Origin: Candidatus Kapaibacterium sp.
Lineage (GTDB): Bacteria > Bacteroidota > Ignavibacteria > Palsa-1295
NCBI GenBank assembly: GCA_046590205.1
Contig: JBKJTT010000037.1
Span: forward strand, 5,888-69,887
Length of the DNA stretch: 64,000 nucleotides
Direction: 5' to 3'
Below are positions 29,502-39,534 of the stretch, piece by piece. The notes beneath the pieces are model-generated. The model was not told where the DNA came from and did no database searches. It saw only the letters and a list, made by a program, of their open reading frames with translations. The first letter of the stretch is position 1. The number at the start of each line of letters is the position of its first letter. The position numbers and the translations under genes are program-made.

Positions 29502-30098
29502 ATGAGATACATACTTCCTACACTATTTTTGACGAGCGTACTCATATTGACAGGTTGTGATTCTGGGAGTGATCCAAAGCATCAGGAAACACCAACTGAT
29601 TCAACGAGTTATGCTTACTACCCATTAGAGGTGGGTAATTATTGGGTGTATTCGTGGTATAACTTTCCGAATGACACTGTTCGAATAAAACATGTTATTG
29701 ACACAGCCATCATTAATGGTATGTCATATTTTTTAATTGTTGATTCAATATTTCGATTTAACAATAAATTTCTACGGACAGACACTACTTTTGTTAGATA
29801 TTCAGCTGACAACACGATAGTTGAAAGGGTTAGAGACAGTGAAAGAGTCTATATAGATTTCAACAAGCAGTTTGTAACTATGGAAGGCCCATTTTACCCT
29901 GGTATCATTTTCGAGAAATATCAAGTCGATTCTTCTACATATCATAGATTCTATGATTGCTATGATATTATTTTTCGTGAAGTTGAACCACTTACTATAA
30001 CTCTATCAAAAAATATTGGAGAAGTTAAAAGGAATGGTTTATACACAGATATTGGTATACTTATCAGTGCAAGTGTTAATGGAATTAGTTACCCATAA
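29502..30098 (+). CDS. Hypothetical lipoprotein
   Basis: MRYILPTLFLTSVLILTGC lipobox; YYPLEVGNYWVY. Confidence 0.75.
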   Translation: MRYILPTLFLTSVLILTGCDSGSDPKHQETPTDSTSYAYYPLEVGNYWVYSWYNFPNDTVRIKHVIDTAIINGMSYFLIVDSIFRFNNKFLRTDTTFVRYSADNTIVERVRDSERVYIDFNKQFVTMEGPFYPGIIFEKYQVDSSTYHRFYDCYDIIFREVEPLTITLSKNIGEVKRNGLYTDIGILISASVNGISYP

Positions 30099-30127
30099 GT
30101 AATCACCCAATAAACAATGATGACATC

Positions 30128-31678
30128 ATGAAAGAACATGTTGGTTATATCCATTTTTTCAGTACAGTTTTTACTGTGCTATTTATTTGCATATGTAGCA
30201 AAACACACGCTCAAGACACTAACTTTGTGTTTTGTTCTGCTTTAGATACATCTGATGTAGGGTACTCATTTGTTCTGACTCAGGAACAACAGAACAATAC
30301 TGGTGTAAGAGTTTTTCCAGTAGTTGTACATGTAGTTTACTCAAATGAAGAGGAAAATGTGTCAGATGCTCAAATATTGAGTCAAATCAATGTACTGAAT
30401 GAAGATTTCAGAAAAATGATTGGTACTCCAAGCGAATCTCAACATCAGTTAGCCGTAGATACAAGAATTGAATTTCGTCTTGCAGATACAGACCCGAATG
30501 GTGACCCGACTAATGGGATAACACGCACAGAAACTACCCACGGATTATTTCATGACTCCGAAGTTAAGTATGCTTCCAGCGGTGGTATTGACTCTTGGGA
30601 TCCTACCAAATATCTAAATATTTGGGTATGTAACTATGCGCAGGGTGGAAACGGTCAGTTTCCTACAAGTAGTAGATCAGCCGATGCAGGTCCACTTGAA
30701 TCTTACGGTGTTATCGTTAATTATACAAACTTCGGAGACAATGTTGGTACATCTATACACCCATATTGGAAGTATGGAAATATTGCTACTCATGAAGTGG
30801 GGCATTATCTTGGGCTCTTCCATCCATTTCATCCACAAGTCATTGATAATGGTAATTCATGCCACAACGAGGAATGCAATATAAATAATGACCTTTGTTG
30901 CGATACTCCCCCTACAACTTCTAAGACTATAGCATGTACCAACTTAATTACCTGTGGGAGTAGTACCCCTCAGTTGGAGAATTTTATGGATTATACTTGC
31001 GATGAAGTGCGAGATATGTTTACCAATGACCAAAGGTTAAGGATGCTATCATTCATCATTAATGATGATGTTCTTAAGACAGTCCCCAACTCATTGGGTT
31101 TTCAGAATGTGTCTAAAGATTTTATAGTCTTTGGATTTCACTCTACCGAAGGCTTAGGTAACAATCAAATCTATTATGATTACAATTGTACAGCACCAAT
31201 AGTGAGTATTGCTTCAGAACCTTACTCTGATTTAACTTTAGGCCAAGATGCAGTAGTTAATATGCGTTCAAAGAAAGCAGTACAACTGGTTGGAGCAAAT
31301 AACGGAGGATTTCATACAGCTGAATACTCTGATTTTCACGCATGGATTGACACAGACCTCCCAGCAGCACCAAAACTAGCTGGTAATTATTATAGCACTT
31401 CTATTGAGTTGCCTAAAGTTGAGTTTTTGTCTCTCTCTCCGAATCCAACTACTAACTTTGCAAAAATTGAATTCTTTCTTCCTCAAGAAGCGGAGGTAAC
31501 AGTTTCTATTTATGACTTATTAGGAAGAAGAGTTCTTTTACTTCTTAACTCTGAAGTATACCAACCGGGCAATAACTTTTTTGCATTTAGTACAAGTGAG
31601 TTACACGAAGGCGAGTATTATTGCAGACTACAAGTTGGTAATTACGTTTCAAGCCGAAAGCTAATTGTTACACGATAG
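30128..31678 (+). CDS. M43 (pappalysin/ulilysin-like) zinc metalloprotease with T9SS sorting domain
   Basis: PVVVHVV, HEVGHYLGLFH zinc motif, ENFMDYT Met-turn, C-terminal SPNPT...IYDLLGR...GEYYCRL...RKLIV. Confidence 0.9.
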   Translation: MKEHVGYIHFFSTVFTVLFICICSKTHAQDTNFVFCSALDTSDVGYSFVLTQEQQNNTGVRVFPVVVHVVYSNEEENVSDAQILSQINVLNEDFRKMIGTPSESQHQLAVDTRIEFRLADTDPNGDPTNGITRTETTHGLFHDSEVKYASSGGIDSWDPTKYLNIWVCNYAQGGNGQFPTSSRSADAGPLESYGVIVNYTNFGDNVGTSIHPYWKYGNIATHEVGHYLGLFHPFHPQVIDNGNSCHNEECNINNDLCCDTPPTTSKTIACTNLITCGSSTPQLENFMDYTCDEVRDMFTNDQRLRMLSFIINDDVLKTVPNSLGFQNVSKDFIVFGFHSTEGLGNNQIYYDYNCTAPIVSIASEPYSDLTLGQDAVVNMRSKKAVQLVGANNGGFHTAEYSDFHAWIDTDLPAAPKLAGNYYSTSIELPKVEFLSLSPNPTTNFAKIEFFLPQEAEVTVSIYDLLGRRVLLLLNSEVYQPGNNFFAFSTSELHEGEYYCRLQVGNYVSSRKLIVTR

Positions 31679-31684
31679 ACACTT

Positions 31685-33415
31685 ATGAGTTCAATAAGTA
31701 AGGGCAGGGCATTGGGTATAGTCCTGCCTTTCGTTTGCGCTATAGCTACTTTTTTTGTTTGGCGTGGCTCTGACGGAGCAGACTTCACCGCCGATGACTA
31801 CATGGTCATCCATGTTCAGTCGCCTATACGCTCGTTCACTGATGCTATCAGTATGTTCTGGCGGGTTGACCCGAACCCACAATACTGGCGGCCGCTGACG
31901 AACTCATCGGTCTCCTTCGATTTCTGGCTCCGAGGTTATGACCCCGGCGGCTTCCACCATACGAATCTTATACTACACTGCCTGGCAACGATTCTCATCT
32001 ATCATTTTACGCGGCGAGTGTTTCGGCTTACTGCTGCACTTGCATTTGTCGTTGCGATATGCTTTGGAGTGTCGGCTTCGCATGACTCCAACTTGCTCTG
32101 GATCGCGGCACGAAGCGATGTTATCGCAACCATCATGATGCTCTCGGTTTTGCTTACGGCTTGGAAAGCAGAAATCACAGAAAAGAAAACCTTGTGGCTT
32201 ATCTTGTCGTACATCTTCTTCTTTTTATCTCTTTGCTCGAAGGAAGTCAGCGGTATCGGCATTGTTTTGCTTCCGCTTATCATTTATACATCTTCGCCGA
32301 AAGAGTTTTGGCAGAAGAAGATGATGATAGCGAAGAAACTTGTGCCATACATCATCATTGCCGCAATCTTCCTTGTAATTCGTATGCAGTTCACGGTTCC
32401 GCTATCGGATATGCAGCCGCTTACGGCAGAGGGTAGTCGTTCGCTCGGAGCGTTCGCGAAGAACTTCTTCTATAGCATCGGCTACATTATTATGCCGATA
32501 GATTTCGCAAGTGCATCGCTCATTATCAATGAGTATCTTGCTTATGGTGTCATTACCGCAACTGTTCTTATCGCCGCATCGGCATTCTTGCTCTGGAAGT
32601 TCGGGACGAAAGAGTTATACGCCTCTCTCTATAAACCACTTGTCGTAACGCTTGTGATGGGGCTTGTCTCGTTCCAGTCCTTCGAGCGGTGGCGGGTCTA
32701 CTTCCCTTCCGTCGGCGTCTTTGTTATCATTGCACTGGTCGGATATAGTATCTGGAAGAGTACGAATTACCAGCGACTAAAACATCTGTATCTCGCTATC
32801 TTTGCAACCGTGTTTATTTTCTTTCACGGTATGCAATCGGTTGTGAATGTCGGCGTGTGGGGGAAGTCAACCGAATTGCTTGCGAAGATCAAAGATGATA
32901 TTCGTGTTATCCTTACCGAACATACAGAGCGTCCGCTCATGCTGAACTTCGTGCTCTCGCCCATAAAGCTTGGCGGCGCGCCCGTCATGCAGCTATCACA
33001 ATCATACACAGCCATCATGGCAGAAGCTGAACGGCTCAAGCTGCAAAGTCTCTCATACGGCTCACTCGGTACGCTTCCCGATTCCGTATGGCTTGTCACG
33101 AGCGTTGATGCTTATGCGCTGAATACCGAACTGGGATTTATGGGATTACAAGTTAAGGAGCTTGATAGGAAAACGATTGCGGTAGAGTGCAACCCCGAGT
33201 ATATCGGCTTGCAGCCCAATGCCTCGCTTGCCGATGGCGTCGCCCGCCGCGACAGAGTCTATAAAGACGGTGACATCGTCGAGACCTACGGCGCAAGCGT
33301 AAAGATGCTTCGCGCAAAAGGCGCATTCGCATCACGCGCCATCATCACCATAAAAGACACATCAGGCCTACCGATCTATTTTGATGGGGAGAGGGTGAGG
33401 GTTGTGTATAGATAG
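31685..33415 (+). CDS. Multi-pass membrane GT-C/TMTC-like glycosyltransferase
   Basis: ADDY, YWRPL, HHTNLILH, WIAARSD, LCSKE, ERWRVYFP. Confidence 0.7.
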   Translation: MSSISKGRALGIVLPFVCAIATFFVWRGSDGADFTADDYMVIHVQSPIRSFTDAISMFWRVDPNPQYWRPLTNSSVSFDFWLRGYDPGGFHHTNLILHCLATILIYHFTRRVFRLTAALAFVVAICFGVSASHDSNLLWIAARSDVIATIMMLSVLLTAWKAEITEKKTLWLILSYIFFFLSLCSKEVSGIGIVLLPLIIYTSSPKEFWQKKMMIAKKLVPYIIIAAIFLVIRMQFTVPLSDMQPLTAEGSRSLGAFAKNFFYSIGYIIMPIDFASASLIINEYLAYGVITATVLIAASAFLLWKFGTKELYASLYKPLVVTLVMGLVSFQSFERWRVYFPSVGVFVIIALVGYSIWKSTNYQRLKHLYLAIFATVFIFFHGMQSVVNVGVWGKSTELLAKIKDDIRVILTEHTERPLMLNFVLSPIKLGGAPVMQLSQSYTAIMAEAERLKLQSLSYGSLGTLPDSVWLVTSVDAYALNTELGFMGLQVKELDRKTIAVECNPEYIGLQPNASLADGVARRDRVYKDGDIVETYGASVKMLRAKGAFASRAIITIKDTSGLPIYFDGERVRVVYR

Positions 33416-33419
33416 CTTA

Positions 33420-34157
33420 TTACTCTATCCCGAACTCTAGTCTTGCTGTTATGGATGCTTTTTTGTTCTTTGAGCTGGTGTTGAATGACCCGCCGTAAGA
33501 ATAGCTTTCATCGTTTGAGTACGGGGCTGTTATCTGGAAAACACCCATTGCTGCATTGCGCAGTGTGCCGAGCCCGCCGCCTGCATTTGTTGCTATTGTT
33601 TCCGCGCGTTTACGAGCATCGGTGGATGCGGCGGCAAGCATTTCGAGCTTTAGCTGTGCAAGCTTTGTATAGTAATAGCGTGGCGGATAGGATTGAAATT
33701 CGAGCCCCATATTTAATAGTTCGGTGACTTCGCGAGCAACAGTTTCCATCTTATCGACATCATTCGATTCAACGTTCACGCTTTGGCGAAGTCGGTATCC
33801 CTCGAATACACGGTCGATCTCTACCCCTTTATCATTTGTGACTCTTCTATATTCTTTATCTGAATTTACTGCGCTAAAGGTTATAGCTTTCGGGGCAACA
33901 CCTTTTGAGATGAGATACTGCCTTATCTGCTCGGCATCACGCTGGAGCGCTGCATACGATTCCTGAACTGTCATCATGCGGCGCGTGAATGCCCCGTCCC
34001 AAACAACCAGATCGGATACAAATTCTTTTTCCGCAAGTCCGACGACCTTTATCATTTCTTTGGTCTCATGGGTCTTGCGCCATGTACCGCCAAGTATTGA
34101 TGCGGCGACAACAATAGCTATCGAGAAGATGAGAGCACCTATCCAGTAACGTACCAT
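33420..34157 (-). CDS. SIMPL (DUF541) domain protein
   Basis: IKVVGLAEKEFVSDLVVW, YYYTKLAQLKLEMLAAA, GVFQITAP, GGSFNTSS. Confidence 0.85.
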   Translation of the reverse strand: MVRYWIGALIFSIAIVVAASILGGTWRKTHETKEMIKVVGLAEKEFVSDLVVWDGAFTRRMMTVQESYAALQRDAEQIRQYLISKGVAPKAITFSAVNSDKEYRRVTNDKGVEIDRVFEGYRLRQSVNVESNDVDKMETVAREVTELLNMGLEFQSYPPRYYYTKLAQLKLEMLAAASTDARKRAETIATNAGGGLGTLRNAAMGVFQITAPYSNDESYSYGGSFNTSSKNKKASITARLEFGIE

Positions 34158-34320
34158 AATATTCGAAGGTTAGTAGGAGCAAATATACGAAGAAAAACAT
34201 GGTGAAAGCTTCGCCCGCCAATAAAATGACGAGCTAATTTCAACCGTTCCTCCGAGACGAAGTACCGAGAGCCGCACCTAACGGCGAACTGTTTGCGGCA
34301 TCCTTTTGGTTACACCTTAT

Positions 34321-34527
34321 ATGTTTATAGAGCGCACAAATAAAGAAGTCATTATCCGCATCCCTGCATCGGTTGATACAGCGGAGATACAGGATGTGCT
34401 CGATTTTATCCGCTACAAAGAGATAACCTCCAAGTTCAAAGTCCCGCAAAAGACGGTAGATGTGTTGGCGCGAGCTGTCGGCAAAAAACGCAAAGCAGAA
34501 AGCAAACCACGCCCCAGAGCGAAGTGA
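34321..34527 (+). CDS. Putative antitoxin
   Basis: 68-aa ORF with GTGA overlap directly upstream of a PIN toxin. Confidence 0.65.
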   Translation: MFIERTNKEVIIRIPASVDTAEIQDVLDFIRYKEITSKFKVPQKTVDVLARAVGKKRKAESKPRPRAK

Positions 34528-34964
34528 AAGTAGTCGTTGATACGAATATTGTTTTCAACGCGATCCTGAATTCATCCTCCGGCATCGGAAAACTCCTTTT
34601 AACGCAAAACAATAAACTCGATTTCCATAGCTGCGAATATCTCTATGACGAAGTTCAGGAACATCGGGCAAAACTTAAGAAGCTGACAAAACTCGCTGAC
34701 GATGAACTTGACACATTGATAAGTCTTGTACTTCGGAATATTACGTTCATCAACGACAAGCTTATCCCCGCTAAACGTACCGCCGAAGCAGTAGAACTAA
34801 CCACCGGTATAGATACAGATGATTCACCGTTCGTCGCACTTGCACTTCATCTGAAAGCTCTACTCTGGACAGGTGATAAAAAACTACTTAGTGGTCTAAG
34901 AAAAAAGAAAGTAAACCTTGTGGTCAGTACGAAAGAGTTGTTACAGATAACGGCAGGTTTATAG
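34524..34964 (+). CDS. PIN-domain toxin
   Basis: VVVDTNIVF, DTDDSPFVALA, LWTGDKKL. Confidence 0.88.
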   Translation: MKVVVDTNIVFNAILNSSSGIGKLLLTQNNKLDFHSCEYLYDEVQEHRAKLKKLTKLADDELDTLISLVLRNITFINDKLIPAKRTAEAVELTTGIDTDDSPFVALALHLKALLWTGDKKLLSGLRKKKVNLVVSTKELLQITAGL

Positions 34965-35005
34965 GGCTCTTTCCGTACCTATTCTTTCACGCATTATCCT
35001 TTTAA

Positions 35006-35857
35006 TCAATACGTATAAAACCCTTGCCCGCTCTTCTTACCGAGCATGCCGGCGGCTACCATCTTTTTGAGGAGCGGCGACGGACGGTACTTGGTATCGC
35101 CCAAGCCGTCGTGGAGGACGTTCATTATCGCGAGGCAGACATCAAGCCCGATAAAATCAGCCAGCGCAAGCGGACCCATCGGATGAGCCATCCCGAGCTT
35201 CATCACGGTGTCAATATCTTCGGGCTTGGCTACGCCTTCCATGACGCAGTAGATCGCTTCGTTGATCATCGGCATCAGGATGCGATTCGAGACAAAGCCG
35301 GGGAAATCATTGACCTCCACAGGCGTCTTGCCAAGTTTCTCGGAAAGTTCTTTGACAGTTGCATAGACCTCGTTAGTCGTTTTGATACCCCTGATGATCT
35401 CGATGAGCTTCATCACCGGCACCGGATTAAAGAAGTGCATCCCGATAACACGCTCGGCGCGGCTTGTCGTCGCTGCAAGCATCGTCACCGAGATAGAACT
35501 CGTGTTGGTCGCAAGGATAACTCCCTCTTTTGCATTCTGGTCAAGCGTTGCAAATATCTTCGTCTTGAGTTCGTAGTTCTCCGTCGCCGCCTCGACGATG
35601 AAATCGCTTGCCTTGGCTGCGGCAGCCATATCGGTCGAAGAAGTGATACGGCCAAGCGTTGCAGAGGCATCAGCGTCAGTGATGACGGCTTTCTTGACTT
35701 GTCTATCAAGATTGGACTTGATCGTCCCGAGCGCCTTATCAAGAAACTCCTGCTTGATATCAACGAGGGTTACATTGAATCCGCTTTGTGCGAAGACATG
35801 AGCTATACCGTTGCCCATCGTCCCTGCACCGATAACCGTTACATTCTCGATTGCCAT
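35006..35857 (-). CDS. hbd: 3-hydroxybutyryl-CoA dehydrogenase
   Basis: GAGTMGNG, ATNTSSISV, GMHFFNPVP, HPMGPLALAD. Confidence 0.95.
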   Translation of the reverse strand: MAIENVTVIGAGTMGNGIAHVFAQSGFNVTLVDIKQEFLDKALGTIKSNLDRQVKKAVITDADASATLGRITSSTDMAAAAKASDFIVEAATENYELKTKIFATLDQNAKEGVILATNTSSISVTMLAATTSRAERVIGMHFFNPVPVMKLIEIIRGIKTTNEVYATVKELSEKLGKTPVEVNDFPGFVSNRILMPMINEAIYCVMEGVAKPEDIDTVMKLGMAHPMGPLALADFIGLDVCLAIMNVLHDGLGDTKYRPSPLLKKMVAAGMLGKKSGQGFYTY

Positions 35858-35859
35858 AA

Positions 35860-36870
35860 TTATTCTAAACTATCTAATAATGAATCTTCTTCTTCGTACC
35901 GTAGTCCTCGCGAACCAAGCTCCCATTTTGTTGTAAAATCATAATACTTGATCGACGTATCAACCGAATCGCGGTACGGAGTGAAAGTTATTCCAAAATC
36001 TTTTTCTGTTTTTGCTATATCATAAACAAGCATATCATTTCCTGCAGTACAAGGAAACGCTTTATTCGATTCAAACCCCTTCGCTTTGAGCTCATCATTC
36101 ATGATGCTGATGAATTCAGGATTCTTCTCCATCACATCGGCTATCGTATCGAGCTTGTCATTAAGCGAATTGACAGGATGCGTCACAGCATTATAAATGC
36201 CGTTATGTTCTTTAAGAGAGATACTAGAGATAATCAAACGAGAGAGGTCATCAACGAATGTCATGTTGCCACGCTCTGTGCCATCATCCGGAATAAGTAT
36301 CTCATCACGCATCTTGATGCGCTGGAGCCAGTAGTAATACCGCTCGGTGTAATCGTATTTTCCATAAACGATGCTTGGTCGGAGGATGATAGAATCAAGC
36401 CAGTGATTCTCTCTTATAACTCTCTCACATTCTGCTTTCTTCTGACCGTAATGTTCGCTCCAGGAGCCGCCACGCTGCTCATCAGTGCAAGCCAAGAGTG
36501 GATGGTCTTCACCAACGAGAAAACTCGGGTCGTTCTTCGGATATGCACTAGTATCATAGACAGAAACCGTCGAGACGAAGATGTATCGCCCTACTCTGCC
36601 TTTGAGCTTCGGCAAAAAACTTTCGATCGAATCAGGATAGTAGCCGGAAATATCAATCACAGCATCCCAATGATCGAAGAGTACTTTCTCGATGTCGCTT
36701 GTTTCGCGGTCACCGTTGATGGTCAGCGCTTCGGGGAAGAGCGTCGGATGGGTGATGCCGCGATTAAAAAGCGCAACATCAAATTTATCGTCCATCTCAA
36801 GGAGATCTTCGACAAGAACGCGACCGATAAAATGCGTGCCGCCGAAGATGAGAATTTTCTTCCGTGACAT
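35860..36870 (-). CDS. NAD-dependent epimerase/dehydratase (SDR, isoflavone-reductase-like)
   Basis: GGTHFIG, FNRG, YIFVSTVSVY, YGQKK, RPSIVYG. Confidence 0.85.
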   Translation of the reverse strand: MSRKKILIFGGTHFIGRVLVEDLLEMDDKFDVALFNRGITHPTLFPEALTINGDRETSDIEKVLFDHWDAVIDISGYYPDSIESFLPKLKGRVGRYIFVSTVSVYDTSAYPKNDPSFLVGEDHPLLACTDEQRGGSWSEHYGQKKAECERVIRENHWLDSIILRPSIVYGKYDYTERYYYWLQRIKMRDEILIPDDGTERGNMTFVDDLSRLIISSISLKEHNGIYNAVTHPVNSLNDKLDTIADVMEKNPEFISIMNDELKAKGFESNKAFPCTAGNDMLVYDIAKTEKDFGITFTPYRDSVDTSIKYYDFTTKWELGSRGLRYEEEDSLLDSLE

Positions 36871-36879
36871 TACGTGAGA

Positions 36880-38055
36880 TTAAATACGCTCGATGATAAT
36901 ACTTGTAGCTTCACCTCCGCCAATGCAGATAGAAGCAAGTCCGAACCTCTTGTTGTTACGCTTCAATGCGTTCAACAAGTTAATAATAATTCTCGCACCG
37001 CTTGCGCCGATAGGATGCCCCAGAGCAATAGCGCCACCCAGAACATTGATCTTCTCGCGCGGAACGCCAAGATTCTTCTCGACTGCCATCGGGACAACAG
37101 CGAACGCTTCGTTTATCTCGAAGAGGTCAATGTCGCCTATCTTCATGTTCGCCTTAGCAAGAACCATCTCAATAGAGTTGACTGGTGAAGTAGTGAACCA
37201 CTCCGGTGCCTGTGCAAAACTTGAATATGCGATGATCTTCGCCGTTGCAGTAAGTCCATTAGCTTTTGCATACTCTTCGCTCGATAGGACAAGAGCAGCA
37301 GCGCCGTCATTGATAGAACTTGCATTGGCAGCAGTTATTGTACCATTCTTATCAAAGACTGGTTTAAGAGTCGGTATCTTATCGTATCGAACTTTGCGCG
37401 GACCTTCATCTTCGGTCACCATTACCATCTCTTTGCCCTTCGGTACTTCAACGCCGACGATATCATCAGCGAAGTATCCGTTATCCATCGCTTCGTTGGC
37501 AAGTTTAAAACTGCGGATAGCGAATTCATCCTGCGCTTCGCGGGTGAAGTTCAACTCACGGGCACAAAGCTCGCCGCAGTTACCCATGTGGACATTGCCG
37601 TAAGGGTCCCAAAGTCCGTCATGAATCATCGAATCAACAAGCACGCCATTACCCATGCGGTATCCGCCTCGTGCCTTCGGCAAAATGTACGGAGCATTGG
37701 TCATGGATTCCATACCCCCTGCAACGACGATGTTATTATCACCGAGCAGGATAGTTTGTGTACCAGTAATAACTGCCTTCATCCCCGAACCGCATACTTT
37801 ATTAATAGTAGAAGCAGGGACAGAATCTGGGATACCGGCATAGATCGCTGCCTGACGGGCTGGGGCTTGACCGACACCGCCTGTCAGGACATTGCCCATA
37901 AACACTTCACCCACTGATTCCGGCTTGACGCCTGATCTGGCAAGAGCGCCTTTTATCGCAACAGAACCAAGCTTCGGAGCCGCAAGCTCGCCAAGAGCGC
38001 CGGAGAGCGTACCAATCGGGGTACGAGCGCCGGATAAGATAACTGGGGTTGGCAT
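36880..38055 (-). CDS. Acetyl-CoA C-acetyltransferase (thiolase)
   Basis: ARTPIG, NKVCGSG, GGMESM, NEAF, GHPIGASG, CIGGG. Confidence 0.96.
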   Translation of the reverse strand: MPTPVILSGARTPIGTLSGALGELAAPKLGSVAIKGALARSGVKPESVGEVFMGNVLTGGVGQAPARQAAIYAGIPDSVPASTINKVCGSGMKAVITGTQTILLGDNNIVVAGGMESMTNAPYILPKARGGYRMGNGVLVDSMIHDGLWDPYGNVHMGNCGELCARELNFTREAQDEFAIRSFKLANEAMDNGYFADDIVGVEVPKGKEMVMVTEDEGPRKVRYDKIPTLKPVFDKNGTITAANASSINDGAAALVLSSEEYAKANGLTATAKIIAYSSFAQAPEWFTTSPVNSIEMVLAKANMKIGDIDLFEINEAFAVVPMAVEKNLGVPREKINVLGGAIALGHPIGASGARIIINLLNALKRNNKRFGLASICIGGGEATSIIIERI

Positions 38056-38113
38056 AGAATAATGAAAATTAATCGGCGTGATAAACAATATCAGCATCGG
38101 ATTCGTCCCTTTC

Positions 38114-38662
38114 TCAATTCCGCCAGAGAGTCAGGAATTTCTTCTTGGATTCTATATATGTAATCCCATAGAGCTTATCTCTGCCTGCATAGACTGAGAA
38201 TATCGTATGAGGAGCGGTAAGGAATTCCTTCTCTTCGGATGAGTTCGTCTTTATGTCAACCCGTTCAAGCAGTGTAAGTGACTCGATGATAGTGCTGTCA
38301 CTCGATGAAGTAAAATTTTGGATCGAGAAGAAGTATGTCATAATTCTCCGAAGCCGACGCCACTTCACCGAATCAGCGAGCTTATCTTTCGGGTCAAAGT
38401 AATCCTTTGCTTTCCATTTGTCCGAATAGATAAGTTTACGACCGGAATAAACTCCAAACTTCACAACGATATCATCAACACGTTTTGCTTTTGAAGTTTC
38501 TATCTGCAGTACTTCTTTTGTGGTATCGCCGAAGATGTCGTACGAACGAACAGTCCGAAGAACAGAGCCAAGCTTCGGTTCTTTAACGACGGTATCAACA
38601 AAGTCTTGTGCAAAACTTACGAGAGGAAACAGGAAAAATAGGAGTACGAACAGTTTTATCAT
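38114..38662 (-). CDS. Hypothetical secreted protein
   Basis: Signal peptide MIKLFVLLFFLFPLVSFAQ; resembles the C-terminal half of the upstream gene. Confidence 0.7.
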   Translation of the reverse strand: MIKLFVLLFFLFPLVSFAQDFVDTVVKEPKLGSVLRTVRSYDIFGDTTKEVLQIETSKAKRVDDIVVKFGVYSGRKLIYSDKWKAKDYFDPKDKLADSVKWRRLRRIMTYFFSIQNFTSSSDSTIIESLTLLERVDIKTNSSEEKEFLTAPHTIFSVYAGRDKLYGITYIESKKKFLTLWRN

Positions 38663-39531
38663 TTTCCCATCTCTACGTTCATGATACGTTTGCGTTTCGC
38701 ATCCCAAAGAATTGCTACGCTTGCTGTGCCGTTATCATAGGTAAATATCTCGATCTCTTTTTTCCCAAGTTCGCGAGGAAGATTCGGATGACCTGCAACG
38801 ATCAGCCCATGTAGATCAGGACGAGTTGCAAGAGAATCAAACTCAATAAAGTGCGATCCCTTGAAGAAACGCTCTATCTCGTCGGTAAAAATTCGCTGCT
38901 TATCGGCATCGGTCAAGTCGAGACGTCCTCGAACCCACGAGCGAAGCTTCCACTGGTCTTTGTAAAGAGTAACCTCGCCATCTGTGAGATCGAAAAATAC
39001 AGTATCTCGTTCCGGGTCTAGCCCTGTGATTTTTAACATGAACTCGATCGAAGAATTTTTCCCTTTGAACGAACGAACAGTCCGACGTATGATTTCACCG
39101 GTCTTCGCACTTTTTGCCTGCATAAAAACATCATCGCCTTGCCCTTCTTCGTCTGTACCGTCAATGCCAATCCAGTAAAGCGTATAAGGACCTGCGCCGA
39201 TAGTTGCCGGTGAGCGGTAAATGATCTTATTCCTCCGACTGCCGATTGCTATGTAATTTGTCTGTTCTTTTTCGTTGCGATAAAGATGTGCGGGGTCTAT
39301 CGGGATGACATAATAATTTTGCAGAGTATCATAGAGGAATACCTCCGTTGATTTCGGATATGCGCCGTTCTTCTCGCGGTAGTTCTCAAGTGCAAGTTCT
39401 GTCGCACGTAACGCTTCCTGAGCTGATTGCAACGTTGCTTTATCGCTTGCATCTTCAAGCTTGCGGAAACCGACTTCCTTACAGGAAGTTATAGTAAAAC
39501 AGAGAAAAAGAAAAATTATGAGTTGTCTCAT
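38659..39531 (-). CDS. Lipoprotein with a GspG/pseudopilin-like globular domain
   Basis: Lipobox ITSC; ALENYREKNGAYP ... YTLYWIGIDG...GDD. Confidence 0.6.
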   Translation of the reverse strand: MRQLIIFLFLCFTITSCKEVGFRKLEDASDKATLQSAQEALRATELALENYREKNGAYPKSTEVFLYDTLQNYYVIPIDPAHLYRNEKEQTNYIAIGSRRNKIIYRSPATIGAGPYTLYWIGIDGTDEEGQGDDVFMQAKSAKTGEIIRRTVRSFKGKNSSIEFMLKITGLDPERDTVFFDLTDGEVTLYKDQWKLRSWVRGRLDLTDADKQRIFTDEIERFFKGSHFIEFDSLATRPDLHGLIVAGHPNLPRELGKKEIEIFTYDNGTASVAILWDAKRKRIMNVEMGK

Positions 39532-39534
39532 ATA

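Noticed and set aside
34200-34320. Possible attC-like site before the TA pair (cctaac...gttac, gccgca...tgcggc)
   Set aside because: No convincing R/L box pairing, no cassette array and no integron integrase.
35024-35944. 306-aa plus-strand ORF antisense to hbd
   Set aside because: Shadow frame of a GC-rich conserved gene; His/Arg-rich composition and no recognisable domain.
36178-37917. Plus-strand ORFs of 100-236 aa opposite the epimerase and thiolase
   Set aside because: Antisense shadows with no independent evidence.
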